Positions 1 through 8,308 of a stretch of 37,609 nucleotides of DNA are shown here, piece after piece. The translations under genes were made by a program, and so were the position numbers. How positions within the stretch are numbered: position 1 is the first letter of the stretch; each line of letters begins with the position of its first letter. Below the pieces are notes generated by a model. That model saw nothing but the letters and a program-made list of their open reading frames with translations, was not told the DNA's origin and did not search any database. Source of the DNA: a virus (lineage: Duplodnaviria > Caudoviricetes); IMG/VR virus record IMGVR_UViG_3300012665_000335, positions 1 to 37,609 of that record. One strand, written 5' to 3'.

Positions 1-648
1 CGTGCAACTAAAAGACTCGAGACAGCCATTGCTCTTTACATGCCGAACCAAGTTGGTATTCGTTACGGTATGCAGTGGGAAGAAGAAAGTATGGGCAACC
101 TAATTGCAATGATGGAAGGCGGTGAAGCGTTGAAGAATGCTGTCACAGGAGATCTATCTAAAGCATCAAATACAGTTAGAAGTATTGCTGCTAACTTGGC
201 TATCAGCGCTGGCACTCCAGGTGCTGGTGCCATTGCTCGTGGAGGTGGTGTCGCTGCCAACCCAAGAAAAGAACAAGTCTTTAAGGGTGTTGATTATCGT
301 TCCTTTCAGTTTAACTATCAGTTCTATCCTAAGAGTAGCACTGAAGCTGATCAGGTTATGGAAATCATTCATGCGTTTAAGTACCACATGCACCCAGAGT
401 TTAAAGACGATAAAGGTTTCTTGTACACTTACCCTTCAGAATTTGATATTATCTACTACAACGGTGGTAGCGAGAACAACAATTTACATAAGCACACTTC
501 TTGCGTTTTGAAAGAGATGAACGTGAACTACACACCACAGGGGCAGTTCAATGCTTTTGCGGATGGTACACCAATGCAGATTAACGTAGACATGACGTTC
601 CTAGAGTTGGCTCTATTGACAAAAGATTCTATCGACAAGGGCATGTAA
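1..648 (+). CDS. gp48: Baseplate tail-tube cap protein, T4 gp48-like (5' truncated by window edge)
   Basis: Frame is open from base 1 (RATKRLETAIALYMPNQ...), so the ATG at 40 is internal. Motifs ALYMP, NPRKEQVFKGVDYRSFQFNYQFYPKS, YPSEFDI and CVLKEMNVNYTP...F.DGTP.QI...MTFLE are typical of gp48/gp54-family proteins. It lies directly upstream of gp53. Confidence 0.85.
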   Translation, partial: RATKRLETAIALYMPNQVGIRYGMQWEEESMGNLIAMMEGGEALKNAVTGDLSKASNTVRSIAANLAISAGTPGAGAIARGGGVAANPRKEQVFKGVDYRSFQFNYQFYPKSSTEADQVMEIIHAFKYHMHPEFKDDKGFLYTYPSEFDIIYYNGGSENNNLHKHTSCVLKEMNVNYTPQGQFNAFADGTPMQINVDMTFLELALLTKDSIDKGM

Positions 649-1175
649 TGACATACTTTACAAAATTTCCCCAGATCTATTACGACTTCAAAGTTGGTGG
701 GCAGAATGACCCATCTACTTTGATGGTTATTAGAGATATTACACACAACGTTCGCATTAGAAAAGAAATTCTATCCAACGTTGTTCTATACGACTACTAT
801 CATATTCAAGACGGTGAGACACCAGAAATTATTTCTGAGAAAGTTTACGGTAGTCCTCTTTATCATTGGGTCATTATGATGTGCAATGAAAGGTTTGATT
901 ATATTGATGACTTTCCTTTAACCGCAGCAGCGTTGGAAGTGCACATCGATAAGTTGTATGGAGCCAACAGAAATGCTGTACGTCATTACGTATATGATGG
1001 TTTAATAGTTAACTCTGATTATCCAGGGGCAACATCTGTCAGTAATGCAGATTATGAATATGCACGCAATGAACGTAAGGCTAGAATTAAACTTATCAAA
1101 CCTTCTTTACTACAACAAATCTTAAGAGAATATGATGGAGCATTTACCAAGGGACTAGTACCTAAGGTTGCATAA
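648..1175 (+). CDS. gp53: Baseplate wedge subunit gp53 (LysM-like)
   Basis: MTYFTKFPQIYY start, YHIQDGETPEIISEKVYGSPLYHWVIMMCN motif and C-terminal YEYARNERKARIKLIKP. TAATG overlap with the upstream stop. Confidence 0.92.
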   Translation: MTYFTKFPQIYYDFKVGGQNDPSTLMVIRDITHNVRIRKEILSNVVLYDYYHIQDGETPEIISEKVYGSPLYHWVIMMCNERFDYIDDFPLTAAALEVHIDKLYGANRNAVRHYVYDGLIVNSDYPGATSVSNADYEYARNERKARIKLIKPSLLQQILREYDGAFTKGLVPKVA

Positions 1176-1177
1176 CT

Positions 1178-2497
1178 ATGGCAGAATCTGAAAACTCAAA
1201 CAACGAAAATCTCCGCAACCCCAACATTCTTAGAAGTGCTGGGGATATCACTGTTGAGAAAATTGTCATCACATCAAGTAAAGGTGTTCAGCTTGATGTT
1301 GTGAATCAAATGATGCAGATTCAAATTTATGAGGATATGTTTCAGACATTCACTTCTGGTAACATCGTCCTCGATGATTCTCTTGACTTAATCAACTTCT
1401 TCCCATTTATCGGTGAAGAATATCTTGAGTTAGATTTGAGAACACCAACCTTTGATGAAGACGGAAAGAAAATTACTGGCAAGTTTTACATCTACAAAAT
1501 GACTGATCGTTATAAGCATAAAGAAAAGGCAGTATACTATACTCTACACTTTATCAGTATCGAGGCATTGGTGGATATGAACGTAAGATTCTCAAGAGCC
1601 TTTGAGGGATCGCCATCTGACTTAGTGGATAAACTAGTCACTAGTGATGACGGTATGAGATCCGCAAAGAAAGTTGTCATTAAAGAGCCGACAACCAATA
1701 AGATTAAATTTATTGCATCTAATTGGAACCCATCACGTTGTTTACTGTTTGTCACCAAAGCAGCGCAAAATGATATGCGTTCCAATTATTTATTTTTTGA
1801 GAACAGAGATGGTTTCGTATTCTCCACACCAAACTATTTGTATAATTTACAACCTGTTGCTCAAAACTTTACATACTCAGCAAGAGACCGTGATATAGCA
1901 ACTAACGGTTCTTCTACTAAAGATTTAAACTACGACTATACTCGTATCCATGATTACAAATTACCAGTCGGTTTCAACTTTATCGATAGGGTTGCCAACG
2001 GTATGTATGGTTCACGTATAACTACGCATGATTTGGTTACGAAGAAATACTCTAGCACAGTTTACTATGCACCAAAGGATTGGGAAAAACATCCACACCT
2101 GAACGATCATCCTATATGGAGTAAAAATCTAGCAACATCAACTTCTGCAGTTCAGATTGTAGAGCCAAAACATTACGGCATCTATAATGGATACGGAGAT
2201 ATTACAAACACCAAGAACAACCTTTCACGTATATCAATGATGAAGCAGTTCGAGGGATTTAAGTTGCAGATTAAAGTTAGCGGTAGAACTGATTATACTG
2301 TTGGTATGAAAGTTACAGTTAAGTTGCCTTCTCTTGAACCTGCAGGTGAGACAGACAGTTCTCAAACTGTTGAGGACAAGATGTTCTCTGGAAATTATAT
2401 CGTTGCTGCAATTAACCATAGCATTAAACCAGATAAACATGAATGCTACATGGAGCTTGTAAAAGACTCCCTTATTTTTGATTTGAACGGAGGCTAA
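1178..2497 (+). CDS. Probable baseplate central hub protein (gp27-like fold)
   Basis: 439 aa between gp53 and gp5. Motifs IQIYEDMF...SGNIVLDD, YLFFENRDGFVF, GRTDYTVGMKV and SGNYIVAAINH...MELVKD fit hub proteins of contractile tails. Assigned by motif and synteny. Confidence 0.7.
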   Translation: MAESENSNNENLRNPNILRSAGDITVEKIVITSSKGVQLDVVNQMMQIQIYEDMFQTFTSGNIVLDDSLDLINFFPFIGEEYLELDLRTPTFDEDGKKITGKFYIYKMTDRYKHKEKAVYYTLHFISIEALVDMNVRFSRAFEGSPSDLVDKLVTSDDGMRSAKKVVIKEPTTNKIKFIASNWNPSRCLLFVTKAAQNDMRSNYLFFENRDGFVFSTPNYLYNLQPVAQNFTYSARDRDIATNGSSTKDLNYDYTRIHDYKLPVGFNFIDRVANGMYGSRITTHDLVTKKYSSTVYYAPKDWEKHPHLNDHPIWSKNLATSTSAVQIVEPKHYGIYNGYGDITNTKNNLSRISMMKQFEGFKLQIKVSGRTDYTVGMKVTVKLPSLEPAGETDSSQTVEDKMFSGNYIVAAINHSIKPDKHECYMELVKDSLIFDLNGG

Positions 2498-2502
2498 TAA
2501 TA

Positions 2503-5094
2503 ATGTCTAAATTTTTTACTGGAGTAGTTGAGGATCGAATGGATCCATTGAAGATCGGACGTTGTAAAGTTCGAGTCGTTGGCGTACATACGCATGTTAA
2601 GTCAGTTCTCCCAACTTCTGATTTACCATGGGCAATGCCTATGCAACCATTAACATCTGCTGGCGTCAGCGGTGTTGGGCACACACCGCTGGGTCCAGTC
2701 GAAGGCACATGGGTTATTGTATTCTTCAATGATATGGATTTGCAGTTTCCAATTATGATGGGTTCTTTGGGTGGTATCCCTCAGAAAGATGGTACTGTCG
2801 AAGAGGATGACGGTACATTAAAATTAACACGTGACGGTGATGATGGTCCATCTGATAGCTCAGCTAAAGTTGATTCCAATGGTGACATCGTAAGAGACGG
2901 TGATACTACTCCACCTCCTAAGAAAGTTGAGCCACCTGCAAAAGACCAAGTTGTTACTGGTGACACAAGTGGTTTAGGTAAGCCAGCTAATCAGTATAAT
3001 GCTGTGTCTCAACGCTGTATTGATTTACTGCACCAATATGAAGGTCTTGCCAAGAAAATTGGTAACAATCAAGTTCAAGCATATCCCGATCCAGGCACTG
3101 GCGCTGAACCATGGACTATCGGATATGGTACTACGTACTTAGATATTGACAAAGGCATCAAGGTCAAGCAAGGCGACATTATCTCTATCGCTAAAGCTGA
3201 AGAACTATTTGCACAGCAGTTAAAGAAGACGTATCTACCGCAAGTGACTAAACGTATTCGTTCTGTAGTTACGCAATCAATGATTGACGCATGCGTATCT
3301 TACACATACAACGCAGGTGGCGGTGGATTTGGTTCGTCTCAGATGTTGTCGTTGATTAACCAAGGTAAGTATAAAGAAGCAGCAACAGCATTTCTCGATA
3401 GCCGAGTTACTGCTGGAGGTAGGGTTCTTGCTGGTCTCGTTAAGCGTAGAAAAGCAGAATCAGAATTATTTCTTAAAGACGGAATCCCAGGAGAAGGTAA
3501 AAGTGTTACACCACCAGCAGAAGAAGATCCTGCACAAACAGCACCTGTTGGATCGACTAACTCAGACGGGTCTACATCAGATGGTAAAGGTGGAGACGAC
3601 CAAGTCGGATTTAAAGATCCAAACAAGAAGTATCCAAAATATATTGCCGAGCCAGATACGAATAGATTGGCTCGACACGAACAGATAGACAAGACTGTCG
3701 TTATAAAAAAAGAAGCAGCATTAGTTAAAGGTGTGCCAGTTGCTGGTGGTTCATCATGGTCTCAATCACCTAATCCATTTAATGCCGACTATCCATTCAA
3801 CCATGTGTATGAATCTGAGTCTGGTCACATTATGGAGTTTGATGATACTCCAAACTCTGAGCGTGTGCACCTTTATCACAAGGCTGGTACATATACTGAG
3901 ATCGACCACAACGGTACACGTGTCAATCGTATCGTTGGAGATGGTTATGAGATCTATGAACGTAATGGGTTCATCTTTGTTAATGGTAATTACAATTTAA
4001 CTGCAGCTGGTAACGGTAATGTTCTTTTCCAAAGCGGAATGAATCTATACGTTGGCGGTGATGCTCAAATCTCAGTGGCAGGTGATTGCAAACTAAACGC
4101 AACAGGCAATCTCGATATGAAAGGTAAACTTGTTAATATCGAATCTGAGACTGATATTAACCTCAAAGCAGCAGCTAGCGTAAATGTTCAGTCTACTGGT
4201 CAGATGAACGTAAAAGCTGGTAGTGCGTTGGCAATGCAATCTGGCGGTTCAATGAACATCCTTTCTGGTGGCACCATGAACATGGATTATAGTCGTGGTA
4301 ACTTCGGACAAGGCGCAGGTTCAGCAAGCGGTGCATCTAGTGCCAATGCTGGTCCAGCTGCATCTAAAGGTGAAGGCGCACCATCACATGATACATTAAA
4401 GGTTAACTCTAGAAAAGATAGAGCAGCTGCTGAGTATGAAACTGAGGATGATGGCGATTCAACTGAGTTCACAAAGAATGCTACATCGAACGGTTCCATC
4501 GATCCGACTGAACAAACCCCAGATCAAGCAGCAGAAGATTCTGCGAAACCGAAAAATAATGATAAACAGCCAGCTGGTGCTAAGTGTGACGAAATCTATG
4601 GTATGACATCATACCCTAATAACATGAAGCTATCGCCTAACTTTACAGTTGGAGCATTGACTAAGAATGGCACTCGTCCTATTAGCGACACTAAAGGATT
4701 GTCTGCCAAAGAGATTGCATGTAACTTAAAGGGATTGTGTGAGCAAGTGCTTGAGCCAATTAAGAAAGCATATCCAGCAATAACTATTACAAGTGGATAC
4801 CGTCGTCCAGGTGATGTTGGTGCGTCAAGTGCCACTTCACAACACTATACTGGAGAAGCTGTTGATATTGTTATCTCAGGATTCAATCGTAAGAAACACT
4901 ACGAAGCTATTCAGCAGATTCAACAAATGGTTCCATACGATCAGTTGATTCTTGAATATGATGGTCCAACAACAGTTTGGATTCACTGTTCATTTAAGTA
5001 TAGCGGAAACAGAAAACAACACTTCACAATGTATCACCATAAACGCAAAGGTAACATTGGTGAATTCATTTATTTGTCTGAAGGTCAATCGTGA
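2503..5094 (+). CDS. gp5: Baseplate hub spike / tail lysozyme gp5: OB-fold, GH24 lysozyme, beta-helix and C-terminal M15 peptidase
   Basis: N-terminal FFTGVVEDRMDPLKIGRCKVRVVGVH...LPWA. Lysozyme YEG...AYPDPGTGAEPWTIGYG...GLVKRRKAE. gp5 core YPFNHVYESESGHIMEFDDTP..ERVHLYHKAGTYTEI, followed by octapeptide-like beta repeats. C-terminal ITSGYR...SQHYTGEAVDI...WIHCS. Confidence 0.93.
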   Translation: MSKFFTGVVEDRMDPLKIGRCKVRVVGVHTHVKSVLPTSDLPWAMPMQPLTSAGVSGVGHTPLGPVEGTWVIVFFNDMDLQFPIMMGSLGGIPQKDGTVEEDDGTLKLTRDGDDGPSDSSAKVDSNGDIVRDGDTTPPPKKVEPPAKDQVVTGDTSGLGKPANQYNAVSQRCIDLLHQYEGLAKKIGNNQVQAYPDPGTGAEPWTIGYGTTYLDIDKGIKVKQGDIISIAKAEELFAQQLKKTYLPQVTKRIRSVVTQSMIDACVSYTYNAGGGGFGSSQMLSLINQGKYKEAATAFLDSRVTAGGRVLAGLVKRRKAESELFLKDGIPGEGKSVTPPAEEDPAQTAPVGSTNSDGSTSDGKGGDDQVGFKDPNKKYPKYIAEPDTNRLARHEQIDKTVVIKKEAALVKGVPVAGGSSWSQSPNPFNADYPFNHVYESESGHIMEFDDTPNSERVHLYHKAGTYTEIDHNGTRVNRIVGDGYEIYERNGFIFVNGNYNLTAAGNGNVLFQSGMNLYVGGDAQISVAGDCKLNATGNLDMKGKLVNIESETDINLKAAASVNVQSTGQMNVKAGSALAMQSGGSMNILSGGTMNMDYSRGNFGQGAGSASGASSANAGPAASKGEGAPSHDTLKVNSRKDRAAAEYETEDDGDSTEFTKNATSNGSIDPTEQTPDQAAEDSAKPKNNDKQPAGAKCDEIYGMTSYPNNMKLSPNFTVGALTKNGTRPISDTKGLSAKEIACNLKGLCEQVLEPIKKAYPAITITSGYRRPGDVGASSATSQHYTGEAVDIVISGFNRKKHYEAIQQIQQMVPYDQLILEYDGPTTVWIHCSFKYSGNRKQHFTMYHHKRKGNIGEFIYLSEGQS

Positions 5095-5735
5095 TATACG
5101 AAGTCTCTTACTACAACTATCCTCAGTCTAATCCAGAGTATGCAATACCAATTATTGGAGACGGGGAGGCTGCTGCTGAAGCAAGATTTCTTTCTGTATT
5201 TGAACTGCTTGATGAGAACTGGGAAGTCACTGTTACGTTCTTTGAAGAAGAGGCAACCATGGGCGATCCAGTTAAGTCATTAACTGCACCAACAAAAGTG
5301 TTGTCTTGGTCTATTGAACCACCGTCAACTTCTATACAAGCTGTTGTAGATAACACAGCAACACAAGCTAAGATTACTTTTAAAGGTACATGGACTAAGA
5401 GGTTTGAACAAAGACGTTTCGACTTTAGAATGAATGACGAGACGCTTAGGATTGATGGAGATGTTACTGCAATTGGTGACAACTACTATGGTCCAATCAA
5501 TTTCATTCCCGACACAAGAGTTTGGTTAGAGTCTAATTTTATTGTAAACGTAGAGAGCCAACCAACTGTTGCTGGAGTACCAACTGGCGGTAAGGCTACT
5601 ACAAAATTTGAACGTAAACAAACTGTCCTCAATAACTGGGACGCAAACAGAAGAAAACTTCTTCAGCTTAGAGATAATTTAAAGCGTAAAGAGCAGACAG
5701 ATGCCGATAAGTTTGGCACGATAGCAAATTCATAA
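5091..5735 (+). CDS. Hypothetical protein, probably T4 gp5.1-like
   Basis: GTG start overlaps the gp5 stop (GTGA). It lies between gp5 and PAAR, as T4 5.1 does. The C-terminal KQTVLNNWDANRRKL resembles, from memory, the C-terminal NW-containing motif of gp5.1. Confidence 0.55.
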   Translation: MIYEVSYYNYPQSNPEYAIPIIGDGEAAAEARFLSVFELLDENWEVTVTFFEEEATMGDPVKSLTAPTKVLSWSIEPPSTSIQAVVDNTATQAKITFKGTWTKRFEQRRFDFRMNDETLRIDGDVTAIGDNYYGPINFIPDTRVWLESNFIVNVESQPTVAGVPTGGKATTKFERKQTVLNNWDANRRKLLQLRDNLKRKEQTDADKFGTIANS

Positions 5736-5744
5736 GGAAACGAT

Positions 5745-6041
5745 ATGGCAGCAGTAGCATTGGCAGGTGGGAAATCTTCAGGGCATGGATGCTTTCCTCC
5801 AGTTTCAGATATTGGTGGGTGGTCTACTAAGACTTCTATAGAAGGACGTTTAGTTCAATTGGTCGGTAGAACCAACTATGGTCCAATCCATAACTGTGGA
5901 AAATCTGTTCATGCATGCGGTCCAGTGGTTTCGGGATCCAGTAAAAACTTTGTAGACGGTGCTCCTGTGGCTAGAATTGGTGATTCAATTGCGTGTGGAG
6001 ATATGGTTGCTAAGGGTGCTTCTAAGACTTTCTTTGCATAA
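5745..6041 (+). CDS. gp5.4: PAAR-family spike tip protein (gp5.4-like)
   Basis: 98 aa with GHGCFPP, H..G...H, PVARIGDSIACGD and S.KTF, a His/Cys metal-ligand pattern. AAGGA RBS upstream. Confidence 0.92.
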   Translation: MAAVALAGGKSSGHGCFPPVSDIGGWSTKTSIEGRLVQLVGRTNYGPIHNCGKSVHACGPVVSGSSKNFVDGAPVARIGDSIACGDMVAKGASKTFFA

Positions 6042-6045
6042 AGAG

Positions 6046-6053
6046 AATAAATA
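6046..6053 (+). promoter_or_regulatory. T4-type late promoter candidate (AATAAATA) upstream of gp25
   Basis: 7/8 match to TATAAATA in the 19-nt intergenic gap. Confidence 0.65.
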
Positions 6054-6060
6054 AACAATC

Positions 6061-6453
6061 ATGGCGATAAACACAAGAGTCTTTACAGACATAGACCTAA
6101 ACTTCAGACCACATCCTCTAACTGGCGATATCGTCAAGAGGGTGAATGACAGCGCAATCAAGGCATCTGTGCGCAATCTGGTTCTAACGAACAACTACGA
6201 GCGCCCATTCCACAGCGATATTGGTGCACCATTGAGAAGACTGTTGTTTGAACTACCTTCTCCGCTTACCAAATCTATGATTGAGAGAACTATTACAGAT
6301 TTGTTAAACACATATGAACCAAGAGTGGTACTCACTCAAGTTCAAGTAACATATTCCCATGATACCTATGAAGTGTATGTTAGAATAGAATATAAAATAG
6401 TCAACACCTCTACCCAACAGACGGTAGAGGTAACCCTAGAGAGAACCCGATAA
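6061..6453 (+). CDS. gp25: Baseplate wedge subunit / sheath initiator gp25
   Basis: FTDIDLNF..HPLTGDI, AIKASVRNLVLTN..ERPF...IG....LLFE and YEPRV motifs. Confidence 0.95.
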   Translation: MAINTRVFTDIDLNFRPHPLTGDIVKRVNDSAIKASVRNLVLTNNYERPFHSDIGAPLRRLLFELPSPLTKSMIERTITDLLNTYEPRVVLTQVQVTYSHDTYEVYVRIEYKIVNTSTQQTVEVTLERTR

Positions 6454-8303
6454 TGGCAATAGATAACAATAGAATTAAGGTAAACGAGTTAGACTTTGAT
6501 AACATTAAGTCTAACCTAAAGAACTACCTAAGAGGGCAGAATCAATTCTCTGATTATGATTTTGATGGCGCAGGTATGAGTATTCTGTTGGACGTTCTGG
6601 CATACAATACTCACTACAATGCGCTGTATACAAACTTAGCCATTAACGAAATGTTCTTAGACTCCGCTTCTAAGCGTAGTAGTCTTGCTTCTATTTCTGC
6701 ACTAATGGGTTATACACCAAAGTCTATCACATCATCATCAGCTATTATTGACCTAACTCTATCAAATGTTCCAGGCAATCCTGCTACAGTAACCTTACCA
6801 TCAAATCAACCATTCCAAGCTAGTGTGATTGACGAGACAGGTTCTGCAACTGGTGTTGTATTTTATACAAGAAGTAGTTATACTGCAGCAAGATCCTCTC
6901 TTAACACATATGTGTTTAAGAATGTTGTGATCACAGAAGGTAGACCAATGACATATAATTATGTCGTTGCAGACAACGTTCGTTACATTATTCCTAATGC
7001 TGATGTCGATATGTCTACTCTTGTGGTTCGTGTGCAAGAGTCAGCTGAAATTGGTACATTCACTTCATATAATTTAAACACCTCTGTCGCTGATTCAGTT
7101 GCAGCAAGTAGAGTTTATTACACCAAAGAAATTGAAGAGGGGTTGTATGAAGTATATTTTGGCGATGGCATCGTTTCACACAAACCGTCTAATGGTAATG
7201 TTGTAAACTTCGACTACTTTATCTCTAAAGGTAATAGCGCAAACGGAGCCAGAATATTTAATTACCAAGGGTTTACTGCTGGTGGAACAACTTCAGTGCT
7301 AACTGTTCAACCAGCTGGTAATGGGTCAGATCCAGAGACAAACGATAGCATTCGTTTTAATGCACCAAAACAATTCGCTGCTCAAAATAGAACTGTAACC
7401 GCAGAAGATTATAAAACACTAATCCCAAGATTGTATCCTAATACAGAAACTATTTCTGTATGGGGTGGTGAAGAAAATGATCCACCTATCTACGGTAAAG
7501 TATTTGTATGTATTAAACCACTAAGTGGATCAGTTCTATCGCAGGCTGCTAAACAATATGTAACAGATGAGTTGCTATCGTCACGCAATGTAGTTTCTAT
7601 TACGCCTACTATTGTAGATCCAAGATATCTAAACATTCTTTTGGATGTTTCTTTCTATTTTAATCCACTAAAGACACGTTACTCTTCTGACGGGTTAGAG
7701 ACTATCGTGCGTCAGGCTATCGCATCCTACAACGATACAGAAATTAAAAACTTCGACTCTGTATTCAGATTGTCTAAGTTGCAACGATTGATTGACACTG
7801 CAGAACAATCTATCACTAACAGCGTTGTTAAAGTTAAGTTGAGTTATGACTTAGAACCTAATTATAACTTTGAGTCTTCTTATACTATCAGTTTGTTTAA
7901 CCCGATCTATAATGAACCAGGAAGTACAGCAGGTAGTAACGTGAACTCGACTGGGTTTACTGTAGCAGGAAACTCGAACACTTTCTTCTTCGATGATGAT
8001 ACTCAAGGTAAACTGCGCATGTATTATCTGTCATCATCTGGTACAAAAATATACACTAACAATAATGCAGGAACTATTGACTATGTGAACGGTAAGATTA
8101 TCGTCAGCAGTATCAATATTGCTGCAGCGGTAAACAACATAATCACTTTCGTAATTGAACCTTCCTCTTATGATGTCATCTCTGTAAGAAATCAATTAAT
8201 AACTATTGCTGAAGATAAGCTGTTAGTATACCCGATCGTTGACAAAATTTCCTCTGGTGAATTTGTTAGCGGAAGTAACTACATCTTTACAGCTAACAGG
8301 TAA
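6453..8303 (+). CDS. gp6: Baseplate wedge subunit gp6
   Basis: ELDFDNIKSNLKNYL, FSDYDFDGAGMSILLDVLAYNTHYNA, EMFLDSA, YEVYFGDG, AQNRTVTAEDY, WGGEEN.PP.YGKVF and GTIDY..G motifs. Confidence 0.96.
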   Translation: MAIDNNRIKVNELDFDNIKSNLKNYLRGQNQFSDYDFDGAGMSILLDVLAYNTHYNALYTNLAINEMFLDSASKRSSLASISALMGYTPKSITSSSAIIDLTLSNVPGNPATVTLPSNQPFQASVIDETGSATGVVFYTRSSYTAARSSLNTYVFKNVVITEGRPMTYNYVVADNVRYIIPNADVDMSTLVVRVQESAEIGTFTSYNLNTSVADSVAASRVYYTKEIEEGLYEVYFGDGIVSHKPSNGNVVNFDYFISKGNSANGARIFNYQGFTAGGTTSVLTVQPAGNGSDPETNDSIRFNAPKQFAAQNRTVTAEDYKTLIPRLYPNTETISVWGGEENDPPIYGKVFVCIKPLSGSVLSQAAKQYVTDELLSSRNVVSITPTIVDPRYLNILLDVSFYFNPLKTRYSSDGLETIVRQAIASYNDTEIKNFDSVFRLSKLQRLIDTAEQSITNSVVKVKLSYDLEPNYNFESSYTISLFNPIYNEPGSTAGSNVNSTGFTVAGNSNTFFFDDDTQGKLRMYYLSSSGTKIYTNNNAGTIDYVNGKIIVSSINIAAAVNNIITFVIEPSSYDVISVRNQLITIAEDKLLVYPIVDKISSGEFVSGSNYIFTANR

Positions 8304-8308
8304 TATAA

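Noticed and set aside
3705-3728. A-AAA-AAA slippery run in gp5 between lysozyme and beta-helix; a -1 shift would stop at 3726-3728
   Set aside because: It simply encodes Ile-Lys-Lys. I saw no stimulatory hairpin or internal SD, and one such run is expected by chance.
2503-8303. Bacterial T6SS or extracellular contractile injection system (VgrG, PAAR, TssE-like genes)
   Set aside because: T4-specific gp48, gp53, gp6, gp7 and gp8 plus late promoters indicate a phage. No membrane complex or ATPase genes are present.
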